This document shows positions 45,101-53,923 of a DNA stretch of 54,294 bases, in pieces (position 1 is the first letter of the stretch; the number at the start of each line of letters is the position of its first letter). The notes below the pieces were generated by a model. The model did not search any database. It saw only the letters and a program-made list of their open reading frames with translations, and had not been told where the DNA came from. The DNA comes from a virus (lineage: Duplodnaviria; Caudoviricetes), in IMG/VR virus record IMGVR_UViG_3300033153_010346, positions 1-54,294 of that record. One strand, 5' to 3'. The position numbers were made by a program, and so were the translations under genes.

Positions 45101-45290
45101 CGCTGTCGAGTTGGTATGGAGCTTGGCCGGATCAACCAGAAATTCAACGCAGTTAATTTGGAACACATTATCACTTATCCCACCCGCTGTGTTGATGTCT
45201 ATTCGGAACATTGTATTTCGATCAGAGTCTACCGTTGATAATGTTGATTTGAAGAAAAATAATACCATAGATGACGAAACAATTATCTAA
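42150..45290 (+). CDS. Trp-repeat fibre-like virion protein
   Basis: about 53 repeats of ~14 aa, consensus D-S/T-x-Q-F/L-V/I-W-N/D-V-K. Confidence 0.8.
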   Translation: MAVYYLSNTNSDLTGGADFSKVLATVTEATNTLLVTVGSGATETSYGFTAVGDPNNPDWETGGITVEVNVTVADSKVFISASASRVTAAGTVEETTSPTSEQAASTTAVYTFNITSMDWSAGSATDRIRVNYIFRESNAHGDRSITIQFGDTNTEVTTSITKPVPAGPVGDSIQTVWNLNKLTTDTSQLIWDVHVPVNDTSQFIWDAKNTVSRDPQPAFIWNLQAHVTDTVQPIWNVGKAVIDSIQVIWDVKATVTDAVQFVWNLTSLVTNTPQFVWSVGQAITDSIQYIWNVSSTVAVSKLNDLVWGVKTNATDVMQGVWDVKTFVNNTSQLVWDVKQAASDTIQAVWDVGKAISNTVQGIWNVRSISTDTVQFIWHVDALPSSTCDITILQDSTTIATFYNQVIPTISTATEFGLTEAQLDLINYNGVLATLQIAVTGNISDGTGVTQIEVQEIVLRLPYPIGALTAAKLVQLVWNLQAGVLDSAQLVWNAKEITADSSQFIWDVKTVVSKASQKIWNVKELVTKASQKIWNVRKAITDTSQLVWNVKQAVTDTSKLVWNVLVTGAAQAGIQFVWNLKQTAGNTSQLVWNVKELLTDTTQFIWNAKQLISDSSQYIWNIKKLATGSSQLIWDVKQAVIDSSQLVWNVKSLVSDTVQGIWNVREAITNTIQAVWNIRKAITDTSKFIWNVLVTGQLQIGTQFVWNVKKAISDSSQLKWNIKGLVSSTSQYIWNIKKLVTGSTQVVWNIKKALADASQFVWHVLVTGQVQVGTQFIWGVKQTTTALSQLKWNVKGLISDAIQYIWNIKQTAGNSTQLVWNLRKAIVDAAKLVWDVVAATGAVAKVVQVVWNTKATVSDSTQIIWDIRKIMSDSVQYLWKIKKITSNESNLLWSIKESIQNNPQFIWNVKQVFGDSSQFAWNVKLTLGNTVQNVWNVRQLISNTSQFVWHVTGPLKASLQAIWDVKQVLTDSTTIRWNVLSPLSSAVELVWSLAGSTRNSTQLIWNTLSLIPPAVLMSIRNIVFRSESTVDNVDLKKNNTIDDETII

Positions 45291-45302
45291 GCGAGATGAA
45301 AA

Positions 45303-45686
45303 ATGTCTTCTACTTATCATTTGGATGAAAATAACTCGTATAAATTGACCTTTAATCTAGTTGATGGGACAACAGGGAATTCTATTGCCCTACAGCAGCT
45401 AGGAACTTTGCTTTGCACGCAGTATTACTATAATCAGGAATTGACCGATGGAGACGCAAACCACCTGGCAACAATTAATAATCGATTCAATCAAAACGTG
45501 TTGAATACGAATAATTTCACCGTTGGCACAACTGGAAATGTAACTTGGTTGGTTCAACCAGAGGATACTGAGAAATTGGACGATGGGGCTGAGGAACTAC
45601 ATATAGCATTACTTACTTGGCTCTACAGTGGCAAACAAAACTCTCACGAGTTTCACTTTTACATAAAACAGGTGGAATATGCCTAA
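45303..45686 (+). CDS. hypothetical (Ig-like) structural protein
   Basis: beta-rich ORF after fibre gene. Confidence 0.6.
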   Translation: MSSTYHLDENNSYKLTFNLVDGTTGNSIALQQLGTLLCTQYYYNQELTDGDANHLATINNRFNQNVLNTNNFTVGTTGNVTWLVQPEDTEKLDDGAEELHIALLTWLYSGKQNSHEFHFYIKQVEYA

Positions 45687-46056
45687 TTTTGGACAAAAAT
45701 CACAGGACAAGTTGGCTACAGTGCACCCAAAACTACAGCAAATTATGAATGAAGCAATCAAGGAATATGATTTTACTGTACTTTGGGGTTATCGGGACAA
45801 GCAACTACAGAACTCCTTTTACAGACGGGGAACCGGACTGAAGTGGCCAAACAGCAGGCATAACGTTAAACCCTCTCTGGCAGTGGATGTTGCTCCATGG
45901 CCTATAGATTGGTTGGACGAACAACGGTTTGTCATATTGGCGGGACTTATTCTGGCCAAAGCTAGGGAGTTAAAAATTGAGGTTGTGTGGGGTGGGTTAT
46001 GGCTTCGCCGTGACTTAGGACATTTTGAAATAAGGAAAGAGGAAGTGAATGGGTAA
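45679..46056 (+). CDS. endolysin, M15 family (L-Ala-D-Glu) peptidase
   Basis: VHPKL, GYR...Q, SRH...AVD, WGG.W..DLGHFE. Confidence 0.9.
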   Translation: MPNFGQKSQDKLATVHPKLQQIMNEAIKEYDFTVLWGYRDKQLQNSFYRRGTGLKWPNSRHNVKPSLAVDVAPWPIDWLDEQRFVILAGLILAKARELKIEVVWGGLWLRRDLGHFEIRKEEVNG

Positions 46057-47521
46057 ACGCAAAAAGTTTGTTATTACAGCAATTAGTGGCAATGAAGAAC
46101 GTTGGGCTGAGCAGTGGGCAAAATCTATTATGCGTGCAAATCCTGACTTAGTAATCTTTAATCTTACACAATTTGACGACAAAACAGAAGAGCTAATTAG
46201 GCAGCATATCCCAGAAGACAAGCTCATTCTACTTAAAAACGAATGGCAAAAGAGTTTTTCTGCTGCTAGAAATCAAAGTTTAGAGCCAATTCCTAAGGAT
46301 ACTGACTATGTAATGTATGTGGATATGGATGAGATTATCACCGAAACATCCTACACCGAACTAGAAAGCTTTTTGCATTCAGAGTATCCACCGGTTCAGG
46401 TTTTGTGCAATATTTACAATGCCGTTAGTAAGGATTCTATGGTTGCTTCTCTTTACTACCCTAGAATCTGGCCCCATAAAGCCGCTAACGGGGATTTAAT
46501 CAACGAGTATTTTGATGGTGAGGTACACAACCAACTAGTTATGGGCGAAGTGAACGACATCTATGCCCTTCGTTCAAAAATTAGTTTGTATCACTATGGT
46601 TATGCTTTGGACAAGGAATCTATGGCAGCCAAACATAAGCGGTCTGAGGAATTGCTTCAGAACCAGCTCAACGAAAATCAGGAAAATTTCTTTGCACACC
46701 TAAACCTAGCTCAACTATTGAGAGCCAAAGGGAATTATAAGGAAGCACTAGAACATAGCCTGATTGTCTTGAACTTGGTGAGCGATAAAACAGGAGACCC
46801 AGACCAACGTTATCTTTACGCCTATATTATGGCCAAGGACCAAGCAGCAACATGCCTTCTGGCCAAGCAAGATTACGACGAGTCTATTAAGCACAGCGAA
46901 GATGCCCTACGAGTTAAACCAGATCATTTAGACTCGATCATGAATACGGCTCACGCTTATCTCAATATGCAGTCTTTTGATGAGGCTGAATTTTGGTTGA
47001 AGCGGTATCTATTTATTCGAGCCAGGTATGATGAAACAAAAGATAACACTAATTTGATTTTGAATCATTTGAATTCATCTTTTATTGCCTTATATCATTT
47101 GGGTATGATTTATTTGCAGAGAGAAAAGTTTGAGCAAGCAGCAGATTATTATAAGAAAACGTTTGAACAGGACCCAGGTTTTAGAGATGCGTTCGTGAAG
47201 TATATACATTGTTTAAGTAGGTTGGGTAAAAAGAAAGAAGTAAACGATGAAGTAAATAGATTTATGAGAACCAAACCAGATAAGGCGTATCAGATATATG
47301 AATACTTTGGGGATATTGAGTTAGAACAGGCAAATGTTGAAAATTCTAAGTTCAATTTTTATCAGGCCTTATATATCAACAAGTTCCCAGAGGATTCGCC
47401 TGACCAATTTCGTATCAAGCAGAAGTTTGAATGCTTGTCACAGAGGTTTGGTGAGGTTTCTCATAACTACTTTGATACAACAGAAAAAAGAGAGGCCTTG
47501 GTTAATCGAACCAATGGTTAA
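46049..47521 (+). CDS. GT2 glycosyltransferase with TPR repeats
   Basis: W..SFSAARN.SL, DMDE, F.G.VHNQL, HYGY, then TPR helices. Confidence 0.85.
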   Translation: MGKRKKFVITAISGNEERWAEQWAKSIMRANPDLVIFNLTQFDDKTEELIRQHIPEDKLILLKNEWQKSFSAARNQSLEPIPKDTDYVMYVDMDEIITETSYTELESFLHSEYPPVQVLCNIYNAVSKDSMVASLYYPRIWPHKAANGDLINEYFDGEVHNQLVMGEVNDIYALRSKISLYHYGYALDKESMAAKHKRSEELLQNQLNENQENFFAHLNLAQLLRAKGNYKEALEHSLIVLNLVSDKTGDPDQRYLYAYIMAKDQAATCLLAKQDYDESIKHSEDALRVKPDHLDSIMNTAHAYLNMQSFDEAEFWLKRYLFIRARYDETKDNTNLILNHLNSSFIALYHLGMIYLQREKFEQAADYYKKTFEQDPGFRDAFVKYIHCLSRLGKKKEVNDEVNRFMRTKPDKAYQIYEYFGDIELEQANVENSKFNFYQALYINKFPEDSPDQFRIKQKFECLSQRFGEVSHNYFDTTEKREALVNRTNG

Positions 47522-47535
47522 ACTAGGAGAACGTT

Positions 47536-49434
47536 ATGACCGTTCCAGTTATAACAGATAAATACATTATTATTCGAGTGGCCGGACCTGAGCAATTTGA
47601 TCAGGACTCTTTTAGAACTCTGTGGGTTGACAAAGATAATGGCATTCAAGAGATAATGGGCAAACATTTAAAGCATGAAAGCACAGAAGTACAGGCCTAC
47701 GTTTTCGATAAAAATCGGTATACGATTGAGGAAGCAAAACAGTGGGTCAAAGAGAAATATGAACAGAAAAAAGAGACTCAAGCAGAGCTCTTCGTTGGTA
47801 AGAAAGCATTTGTAACAGCCAATATGACGCTGTGTACTTCTAAACCCAACCTAGCTGTTGGGGCTGTGGAGGGTCTTACAATGACCCCAGATAGCTATGC
47901 GAAAATGCAAGCTCAAGCAGCTTTAAATGATCGCTACTATTTCTATGTTGAGGGTGTCCACGAAGGGATGAATGGAAATGGGGACTTCTTTTCACAAGAA
48001 GAATTGACACAAAATTATAAGTCAGCGACTCACCAATTGATTGACTGGGAACATGCGAGGGACCAAATTATTGGCTTCTCTCTGGATTCTGAGTTATTGT
48101 CAAGACCGGAGGAGCCTGTTGCACTAGCCTTTACGGGGGTTTTGAACCGCTTGTCTCCTCATATGCAAGCAGAAGAACGATATGATGAAGACAAAATTGC
48201 AAAAAGGGATGACTTAATTCGTCAAAGGTATTTTGAAGGCAAATTAGCCGTGAGCATGGAATGCTATTTTGATAGTATGAAATGCATGGAATGTGGATAT
48301 GAGACTGCCGATCCATTGGATTTTGAGTTTCATAAGATGCTCACACATAAAAGTATGATAGAAGCAGGTGAGAAAGTTCCACGAGGCTTAATTGGTGTAG
48401 ACTTTGTTGGGTGGGGAGTAGTTGGACAGCCCGCAGATCGAGAAGCTTTTGTACCCTCTTTGAGAACATCTGATGATGGCACAATTGAGGATATATTAGT
48501 TTCGTCAGAAGAGAAAAAACGTTATGGTTGCTTTGCTGAAAACATAGCGTTTGCTAACATGGTTGCTAAAACCGATCCCACTGACACCTTTTGGGGAACC
48601 TTGGTGTTAGCTGATGAAAGTGTACAACGATATGTATTTGCTTCAGATATGATGAAAACTAATATTGATTCTACTGTTGCAAATAAAAATCGGACTGATA
48701 GTACAAAAACTAAGAATAAAAACGATAAAAGATTAGAGAAGAGTTCCAAAGGAGGATTCGAGATGTTTAATCTGAGCGAGAAAATTACTTCTTCCACTAA
48801 TATCAACGATGCGCTTGTAATTGCTATGAGAACTCTCAAAGATTTTCAAGGCGACAAACCGCTACAAGCGGAAGAAGTTGAGGCCTTTGCTGCCGAGTTT
48901 GCCGAAGCAGTGAAGCCCCTATTGAATCAGGCAAATTTCAGAATTTCTGAGATTTATACATTGACTGATGCAGATAAACTTACGGCAATTGAAGCCGCAA
49001 GGGAAGAAGAAAAGGCTAGAGCAGCCACAGAATTGGCAGAACTTCAAACCAAGTTTGACAACTTGGAAGTCACAAAGGTAGAGCTGGAAGCTACAGTTTC
49101 TTCGAAGGACGAAGAAATTAATACTTTGAAGAATGCCGAAGCAGATAGAGTTAAAGCTAACAAGGTTGACACATTTATCAAAGAAGTAAAAGAAGCTGGT
49201 GTGGAGCTTACTGAAACCTTTGAAGCTGATGTTCGCACTTTGGCCGAGGCTAAGCTGGACGACGAAGATGCGTTGAAAAGCCTAAAGGGAGACATCGTAG
49301 CGTCCGTTAAAAGATCCGTTCTAGCTAATGCTTCTGATTTAATGGGAGCTAATTCAGCTGGTAGCGGTGGCAACGATGCTACAAGCCTTTCTGCAAAACT
49401 TGATAAAGCCCAGGAAGATTCTTCCAAGGGTTAA
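47536..49434 (+). CDS. prohead protease-scaffold fusion
   Basis: N.NGD.F, DWEH..IIG, VSMEC, F.G.GVV..PAD; C-terminal acidic coiled coil. Confidence 0.75.
   Translation: MTVPVITDKYIIIRVAGPEQFDQDSFRTLWVDKDNGIQEIMGKHLKHESTEVQAYVFDKNRYTIEEAKQWVKEKYEQKKETQAELFVGKKAFVTANMTLCTSKPNLAVGAVEGLTMTPDSYAKMQAQAALNDRYYFYVEGVHEGMNGNGDFFSQEELTQNYKSATHQLIDWEHARDQIIGFSLDSELLSRPEEPVALAFTGVLNRLSPHMQAEERYDEDKIAKRDDLIRQRYFEGKLAVSMECYFDSMKCMECGYETADPLDFEFHKMLTHKSMIEAGEKVPRGLIGVDFVGWGVVGQPADREAFVPSLRTSDDGTIEDILVSSEEKKRYGCFAENIAFANMVAKTDPTDTFWGTLVLADESVQRYVFASDMMKTNIDSTVANKNRTDSTKTKNKNDKRLEKSSKGGFEMFNLSEKITSSTNINDALVIAMRTLKDFQGDKPLQAEEVEAFAAEFAEAVKPLLNQANFRISEIYTLTDADKLTAIEAAREEEKARAATELAELQTKFDNLEVTKVELEATVSSKDEEINTLKNAEADRVKANKVDTFIKEVKEAGVELTETFEADVRTLAEAKLDDEDALKSLKGDIVASVKRSVLANASDLMGANSAGSGGNDATSLSAKLDKAQEDSSKG
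48704..48733 (+). promoter_or_regulatory. putative internal promoter class B
   Basis: CAAAAA-N11-AACGATAAAAGAT upstream of GGAGGA RBS. Confidence 0.7.
48763..49434 (+). CDS. nested in-frame scaffold protein
   Basis: AAAGGAGG RBS before in-frame ATG 48763; Glu/Ala-rich coiled coil. Confidence 0.7.
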   Translation: MFNLSEKITSSTNINDALVIAMRTLKDFQGDKPLQAEEVEAFAAEFAEAVKPLLNQANFRISEIYTLTDADKLTAIEAAREEEKARAATELAELQTKFDNLEVTKVELEATVSSKDEEINTLKNAEADRVKANKVDTFIKEVKEAGVELTETFEADVRTLAEAKLDDEDALKSLKGDIVASVKRSVLANASDLMGANSAGSGGNDATSLSAKLDKAQEDSSKG

Positions 49435-49472
49435 GACAGATAATTACGAACACTTAACGGAGGATTTGATCG

Positions 49473-49958
49473 ATGCTAAAGTTTAGACCGATCACTTACG
49501 CCGATACAGATCTTCGCGCTTTTCATTTTTCAGGAGCCTCTGGGGTACAGGAAGGACAGTTCTGTCAAGTACTAGCCTCCACTGACCTTAACACATTCAT
49601 TTGTGGTGCTTTCAGTGGAACAGCTCCGCCTACTATCATGGGCGGACCGACGGCTACGATCTTTGATCCGAAACGTTATTTCCCTATCTATCTAGAGAAT
49701 CCTGATGTAGAAGATGTTAGTGCAACCATTAATAATGGTGTATCTGTAGTTGGCTTTGCTATGAAATCCGGTAACGAGTTCGAAATTCATAAATCCCAAA
49801 CCGAGACAGGTTTTGCCACTTCATTCTCTGATTTAGGTCAGGTTTGTTTGGGCAGCAACGGTAAACTCACTCACTATATAGGTACTAACAGTACCTCGTT
49901 GGTGCTTGGTGTTTGCCTTGGAACCTACAACGGATGGGTTCGTATACGAGCAATCTAG
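49473..49958 (+). CDS. putative head decoration protein
   Basis: GGAGG RBS; between scaffold and capsid. Confidence 0.6.
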   Translation: MLKFRPITYADTDLRAFHFSGASGVQEGQFCQVLASTDLNTFICGAFSGTAPPTIMGGPTATIFDPKRYFPIYLENPDVEDVSATINNGVSVVGFAMKSGNEFEIHKSQTETGFATSFSDLGQVCLGSNGKLTHYIGTNSTSLVLGVCLGTYNGWVRIRAI

Positions 49959-49972
49959 AAAGGGTATAACAG

Positions 49973-50974
49973 ATGCTTAACAAAACATCAAGTGTCGGCT
50001 ATATTTCTCCTGCTGGGATTTCTCGTGCTGCGGATTCTACCAACTCTAAGTACGCTCTGTACAAAAATGAGAAGGAAATCATTCGCGACGAATTTAAATC
50101 CCTTGGGAAGAATTTCGACTGGACCGACCCTAACGTAGCTGGCAAATTGAAAGAATTTGCCCGTCAGGTAATCAAGAGAACTGGTCAAACAATCCATGGT
50201 CCCGGCGATGCCGGACAGGATTTGACTTCTCTGTGTTTACCCACAGAGACTATTGAGCCTGGCGACACCTTTATACTCCGTGAATTGCACGGTGTGAACA
50301 TCTATTACGGTTCCTATGGAGCCGCAGTTCGTATGTCACGTCCGCAGTTCACTCAGTACACACAGACAACTAACGTAAAAGAAGTTGGCTTGAAGCTTGA
50401 ATTGTCTCAAATTCGTAGTGGTAAATACTCGCCTTCCGAGTTGGCCGCTTACACTTCAAGTCTTATTACAGCTTGGCGTAACCGCCTTCTATTCGTTACT
50501 ACTCTTGCTGGCATGACCGCATACCAGTCAGGTGGAGACCAATATCAAGCGGGTACCGCACTCGCTTTTGGTACAATGAATGCGGCTATCAACAAGCTGA
50601 CCGATGAGGCCGAGATCAAATTGATTGTTGGTCGTCGTCAAGCTATTCACTCATTGTCAAATATGAGTGGATGGGGAGAAACAGGAATTGATCAATTCCA
50701 AGCCGCCGGACAGGTTGGTAAATATGCTGGAATCCCGGTTCATAAGGTTAACTCCTTTACTGACCCTGATTACGGTACTCTTTACCCAATGCCCGAAGAC
50801 GAGCTATGGGTCTTTTCTGACCTCCCAGCCGGACGTATGGTAATTGCGGATTCATTGCGTACAGCAGATGAAACCCTATTGCAGACTGAAACCATGAACA
50901 TCTACTTTAGATGGGATGATGGTATTGGTATTTTCTATCCTAATCGGATCGTACGTGTTGCAGCTGTTACTTAA
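49973..50974 (+). CDS. major capsid protein (HK97 fold, putative)
   Basis: synteny, 333 aa, G.VGKYAGIPV, followed by strong hairpin. Confidence 0.8.
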   Translation: MLNKTSSVGYISPAGISRAADSTNSKYALYKNEKEIIRDEFKSLGKNFDWTDPNVAGKLKEFARQVIKRTGQTIHGPGDAGQDLTSLCLPTETIEPGDTFILRELHGVNIYYGSYGAAVRMSRPQFTQYTQTTNVKEVGLKLELSQIRSGKYSPSELAAYTSSLITAWRNRLLFVTTLAGMTAYQSGGDQYQAGTALAFGTMNAAINKLTDEAEIKLIVGRRQAIHSLSNMSGWGETGIDQFQAAGQVGKYAGIPVHKVNSFTDPDYGTLYPMPEDELWVFSDLPAGRMVIADSLRTADETLLQTETMNIYFRWDDGIGIFYPNRIVRVAAVT

Positions 50975-50985
50975 TAGGTAAGTAA

Positions 50986-51013
50986 GAGGAGGGGTGTAAC
51001 AGCCCCTCCTTTA
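50986..51013 (+). terminator. intrinsic terminator after capsid gene
   Basis: AGGAGGGG...CCCCTCCT-TT. Confidence 0.7.
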
Positions 51014-51052
51014 AAAAAGAAGAAATAGAAATTAGAACAAAGGAAATAGAAA

Positions 51053-51766
51053 ATGGCTAAAGTAATTAAAGATGCCGTTGAGAAGACGGGTGTGGAACAA
51101 CAGGCCGTTCCCATCGAAATATTCAATAAACTACAAGACCAACTCAGAGAAGTAAATGCTGAGCTTGAAACGTACAGACAACGGAGTCCTATTGTAGGTG
51201 TTCGCTGGTATGGAGGAGGTGGATTTGGAATTGGATTGTCCCATCCTGTTAATGGGATTGGAAGAATTGCTTTGAATGGATACGGTGATAAAGCCGTTAT
51301 TGACTATGCAACTTGGGTTAGAATTAAGAATACCGAGCATGCTAGATTTGGCCTTCTGGTAAGAGATGATGATGTAATAGATGAAATGCATATTACAGGC
51401 GTAAAAGCTAAAGCAGATGTAGACAAAGGGCCGAACTCATTCAATGACAAAGAGGTTAAGGAATTGTTGAAGATTCCTCAGACTAAACTACAACACGCAC
51501 TAAACGATATGGATTCTCATTGGGGTCCTATTCATTTATTGAAAGCGGCTGCCGAGTTAGGAATTACGGGAGTTGCCAAGATAGCCGCAATTAAGCGTAG
51601 ACGAGACGAGTTGTCTTGTGAATTTAGATGGTCATTACTCCATCCTCATGATCTAAAACTTGCTTGTGAACAATATAAGATACCAGGTTGGGAGAATATG
51701 ATTGAGGATGAAATGGTAAAGGTTCTGGCAAAAATTGAGCTGGAACAAAACAACGAATTTGAATAA
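51053..51766 (+). CDS. hypothetical protein
   Basis: AAGGA RBS; post-capsid position. Confidence 0.7.
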   Translation: MAKVIKDAVEKTGVEQQAVPIEIFNKLQDQLREVNAELETYRQRSPIVGVRWYGGGGFGIGLSHPVNGIGRIALNGYGDKAVIDYATWVRIKNTEHARFGLLVRDDDVIDEMHITGVKAKADVDKGPNSFNDKEVKELLKIPQTKLQHALNDMDSHWGPIHLLKAAAELGITGVAKIAAIKRRRDELSCEFRWSLLHPHDLKLACEQYKIPGWENMIEDEMVKVLAKIELEQNNEFE

Positions 51767-52509
51767 TGAATGCAACCACACAATCTATTCTAAATTGGTC
51801 ACGACTATCAATTCCTGATCCAAAGACTAGACTCAAAACAGTCCGAGGAGAAGAGTTAGGTAGAACACAAGTTGCAACAACTTCGCGTGAGACTTTCTAT
51901 ATCAAGCGTGCAGCTTCAGGTACTGTTAACTTATACATTGAACCGTACGAGTTTTCGGCTACTTCTAGTTTGAGTACTGCTGCAGCTAATACTATGGTGT
52001 TTCAGTATAACGCGACGTTGCAAGAGTGTATAATTCCTAACACGTCTGATCCTTCGATTAGACCAACCCAGTTTAAATCTGTTTTGGCAGATTATAAATA
52101 CACTGAGAGTTTGCCTTATGCTTATTCCGATTATGAGTTGACTGAGTTTTTACCAGCTTCAATTTCGTACTTGAATAACACCTATGGGTTGACTTACACG
52201 TACACAGGAACTATTTCTACTATTGATGTAGCGATAAGCACAGACAGTGATAAGGAGTTGATCTCTAAATCATTGGCTATTATGGTACGTAAGAGTTTTG
52301 TATCAGAACAAATGAGAATGGGTTTTGGTGTTGCCTTCAGAGGACCCATGGCTGCTATTGATTCAAAAGCCCAAATGAAAGAGTATAATGCTCAGACTAA
52401 GGCTTTGGAGTTTGGTATCCAGGCTAAAATTGATGAAGACAAGATTGCGGGTGCTCATGGTGCTGCTCAAGTTGTTGGAGTATACGAAGAGAATGTGGTT
52501 GATCTGTAA
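51766..52509 (+). CDS. putative head-tail adaptor
   Basis: synteny, coupled. Confidence 0.5.
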   Translation: MNATTQSILNWSRLSIPDPKTRLKTVRGEELGRTQVATTSRETFYIKRAASGTVNLYIEPYEFSATSSLSTAAANTMVFQYNATLQECIIPNTSDPSIRPTQFKSVLADYKYTESLPYAYSDYELTEFLPASISYLNNTYGLTYTYTGTISTIDVAISTDSDKELISKSLAIMVRKSFVSEQMRMGFGVAFRGPMAAIDSKAQMKEYNAQTKALEFGIQAKIDEDKIAGAHGAAQVVGVYEENVVDL

Positions 52510-52982
52510 TGGATTACAAATATGTACAGAAACAGTATGATGCTCTTACAGTTGACTTACTTCAAAGTGACTTCTGCATCAATGCAACTATTATTATTTA
52601 TGGGCAGGAAGTACATAGTGATTCTCTAGAGCAGGGGATGGGTGATGCATTAGATGGTAGAATTACAGAGACGGTTCAGACTAACTATCCTCTTGATATG
52701 CCAAAGTTTTTTCGAGTCAAGGTATTCCCACTTGAGAAAGCTTTTACTAGGCGTGAGGGAGATAGGATAGATGAAGGACTTGCAGGAAGGTATGAACCCT
52801 TTGATCGTTGGATATCTTGTGCTAATGCTGATGTGGCTATACGAAATGACGAAACCTATTTTGACATGGCACAAATTGTTAGTATCCAAGGGGTAAATTA
52901 CAAAATAAAAGGAATAGTAAAAGAAAGCTTTGGAACGAAACCAGTTATCCATGTTTTCTTGGTAAAGGATAGTGATGAGTAA
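52509..52982 (+). CDS. putative head closure protein
   Basis: synteny; I.G..YKI.G pattern. Confidence 0.5.
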   Translation: MDYKYVQKQYDALTVDLLQSDFCINATIIIYGQEVHSDSLEQGMGDALDGRITETVQTNYPLDMPKFFRVKVFPLEKAFTRREGDRIDEGLAGRYEPFDRWISCANADVAIRNDETYFDMAQIVSIQGVNYKIKGIVKESFGTKPVIHVFLVKDSDE

Positions 52983-53241
52983 CGTAACTGCACGGATAGA
53001 AATTAGAAAGCTTCCTAGAAAAATTCTCAGTCGAGTCGAGAATGAATTTTTAGTGTTAAAAGATAATCATCCAGAACTTATTCGGAACCTTGATGATGTT
53101 TACAGAAGGTTACGAAAAGGTATCTTAGACGATATTGGTGATACTGAAAGGGAGATAAGTGGCAACCCAATGTTTGAAATTGGTAATGATGTGCCATTAG
53201 AAGGTAAACCTGATGAGAATACGGTTCGGGACCAACCCTAA
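52975..53241 (+). CDS. hypothetical protein
   Basis: AAGGA RBS, overlapping start. Confidence 0.55.
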   Translation: MSNVTARIEIRKLPRKILSRVENEFLVLKDNHPELIRNLDDVYRRLRKGILDDIGDTEREISGNPMFEIGNDVPLEGKPDENTVRDQP

Positions 53242-53923
53242 ATTAGCTATTGCTAACATTCGAACGATGAAAAAACGGTTCCTGCGTGGACCAGCCCTTG
53301 TAGGTGCTGCACGCCGGGCCAGTGAAGAGATCAAACAGATTATTGCTGCTAAGTTACAGGATGATAAATACTCGACTAGAGATCCTCAAGCTACAAAAAA
53401 GGGTTTTGGTTTTTCAACAGGACAAATAATTGCTGCCATTACAGCGGAAGCATATAGAAAAAAATTGATAATTATAGGTGGCGTTGGAAGAATTGAAAAG
53501 CTGGATGCCAATGACCCCCTGTTGAAACTTAATAATCCACCGAGAGTTTTGAGGCCCACAGATAGGTTATGGCGTATATTAGAATCAGGAGCTATAAAGC
53601 ACCCGATCACAGCCCATAATTTATCTATCGCTCCAACCTCTAAGGTAACGCACAAAGGACCTGGGCTGAAGAGGAAGTTCAGTCAGGAGTTAACCGAGAA
53701 AGGTAGTAAGGCGCGTAGGCCTTCTGGCAAATCGCAGGTCCCACAATTGAGGTTCTTCTGGAGGAAGAGAAATATACCTTTCCGGGGTCCTTTTGTTATG
53801 CACCCCGGTCAAAAAGGAAGAGGTATTTGGAGAGCAACGGCAGAGTATGAAGCAAGGTTATTGTTCCAACGTGCCATATTTACTGAACTTAAACGGATAG
53901 TGAAAGAGCACTCGAATAAATGA
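53213..53923 (+). CDS. putative neck/tail-completion protein (HK97 gp10-like)
   Basis: basic; LESGA..H.I, V.HPG. Confidence 0.55.
   Translation: MRIRFGTNPKLAIANIRTMKKRFLRGPALVGAARRASEEIKQIIAAKLQDDKYSTRDPQATKKGFGFSTGQIIAAITAEAYRKKLIIIGGVGRIEKLDANDPLLKLNNPPRVLRPTDRLWRILESGAIKHPITAHNLSIAPTSKVTHKGPGLKRKFSQELTEKGSKARRPSGKSQVPQLRFFWRKRNIPFRGPFVMHPGQKGRGIWRATAEYEARLLFQRAIFTELKRIVKEHSNK

Noticed and set aside
42660-45170. Regular TGGAATGT/TGGGATGT recurrences resembling a CRISPR or DNA repeat array
   Set aside because: They are W-N/D-V codons of a protein repeat with free synonymous variation; no constant repeat-spacer structure and no cas genes
38675-45290. Both giant ORFs are exactly 1046 aa
   Set aside because: Unrelated sequences and architectures; treated as coincidence
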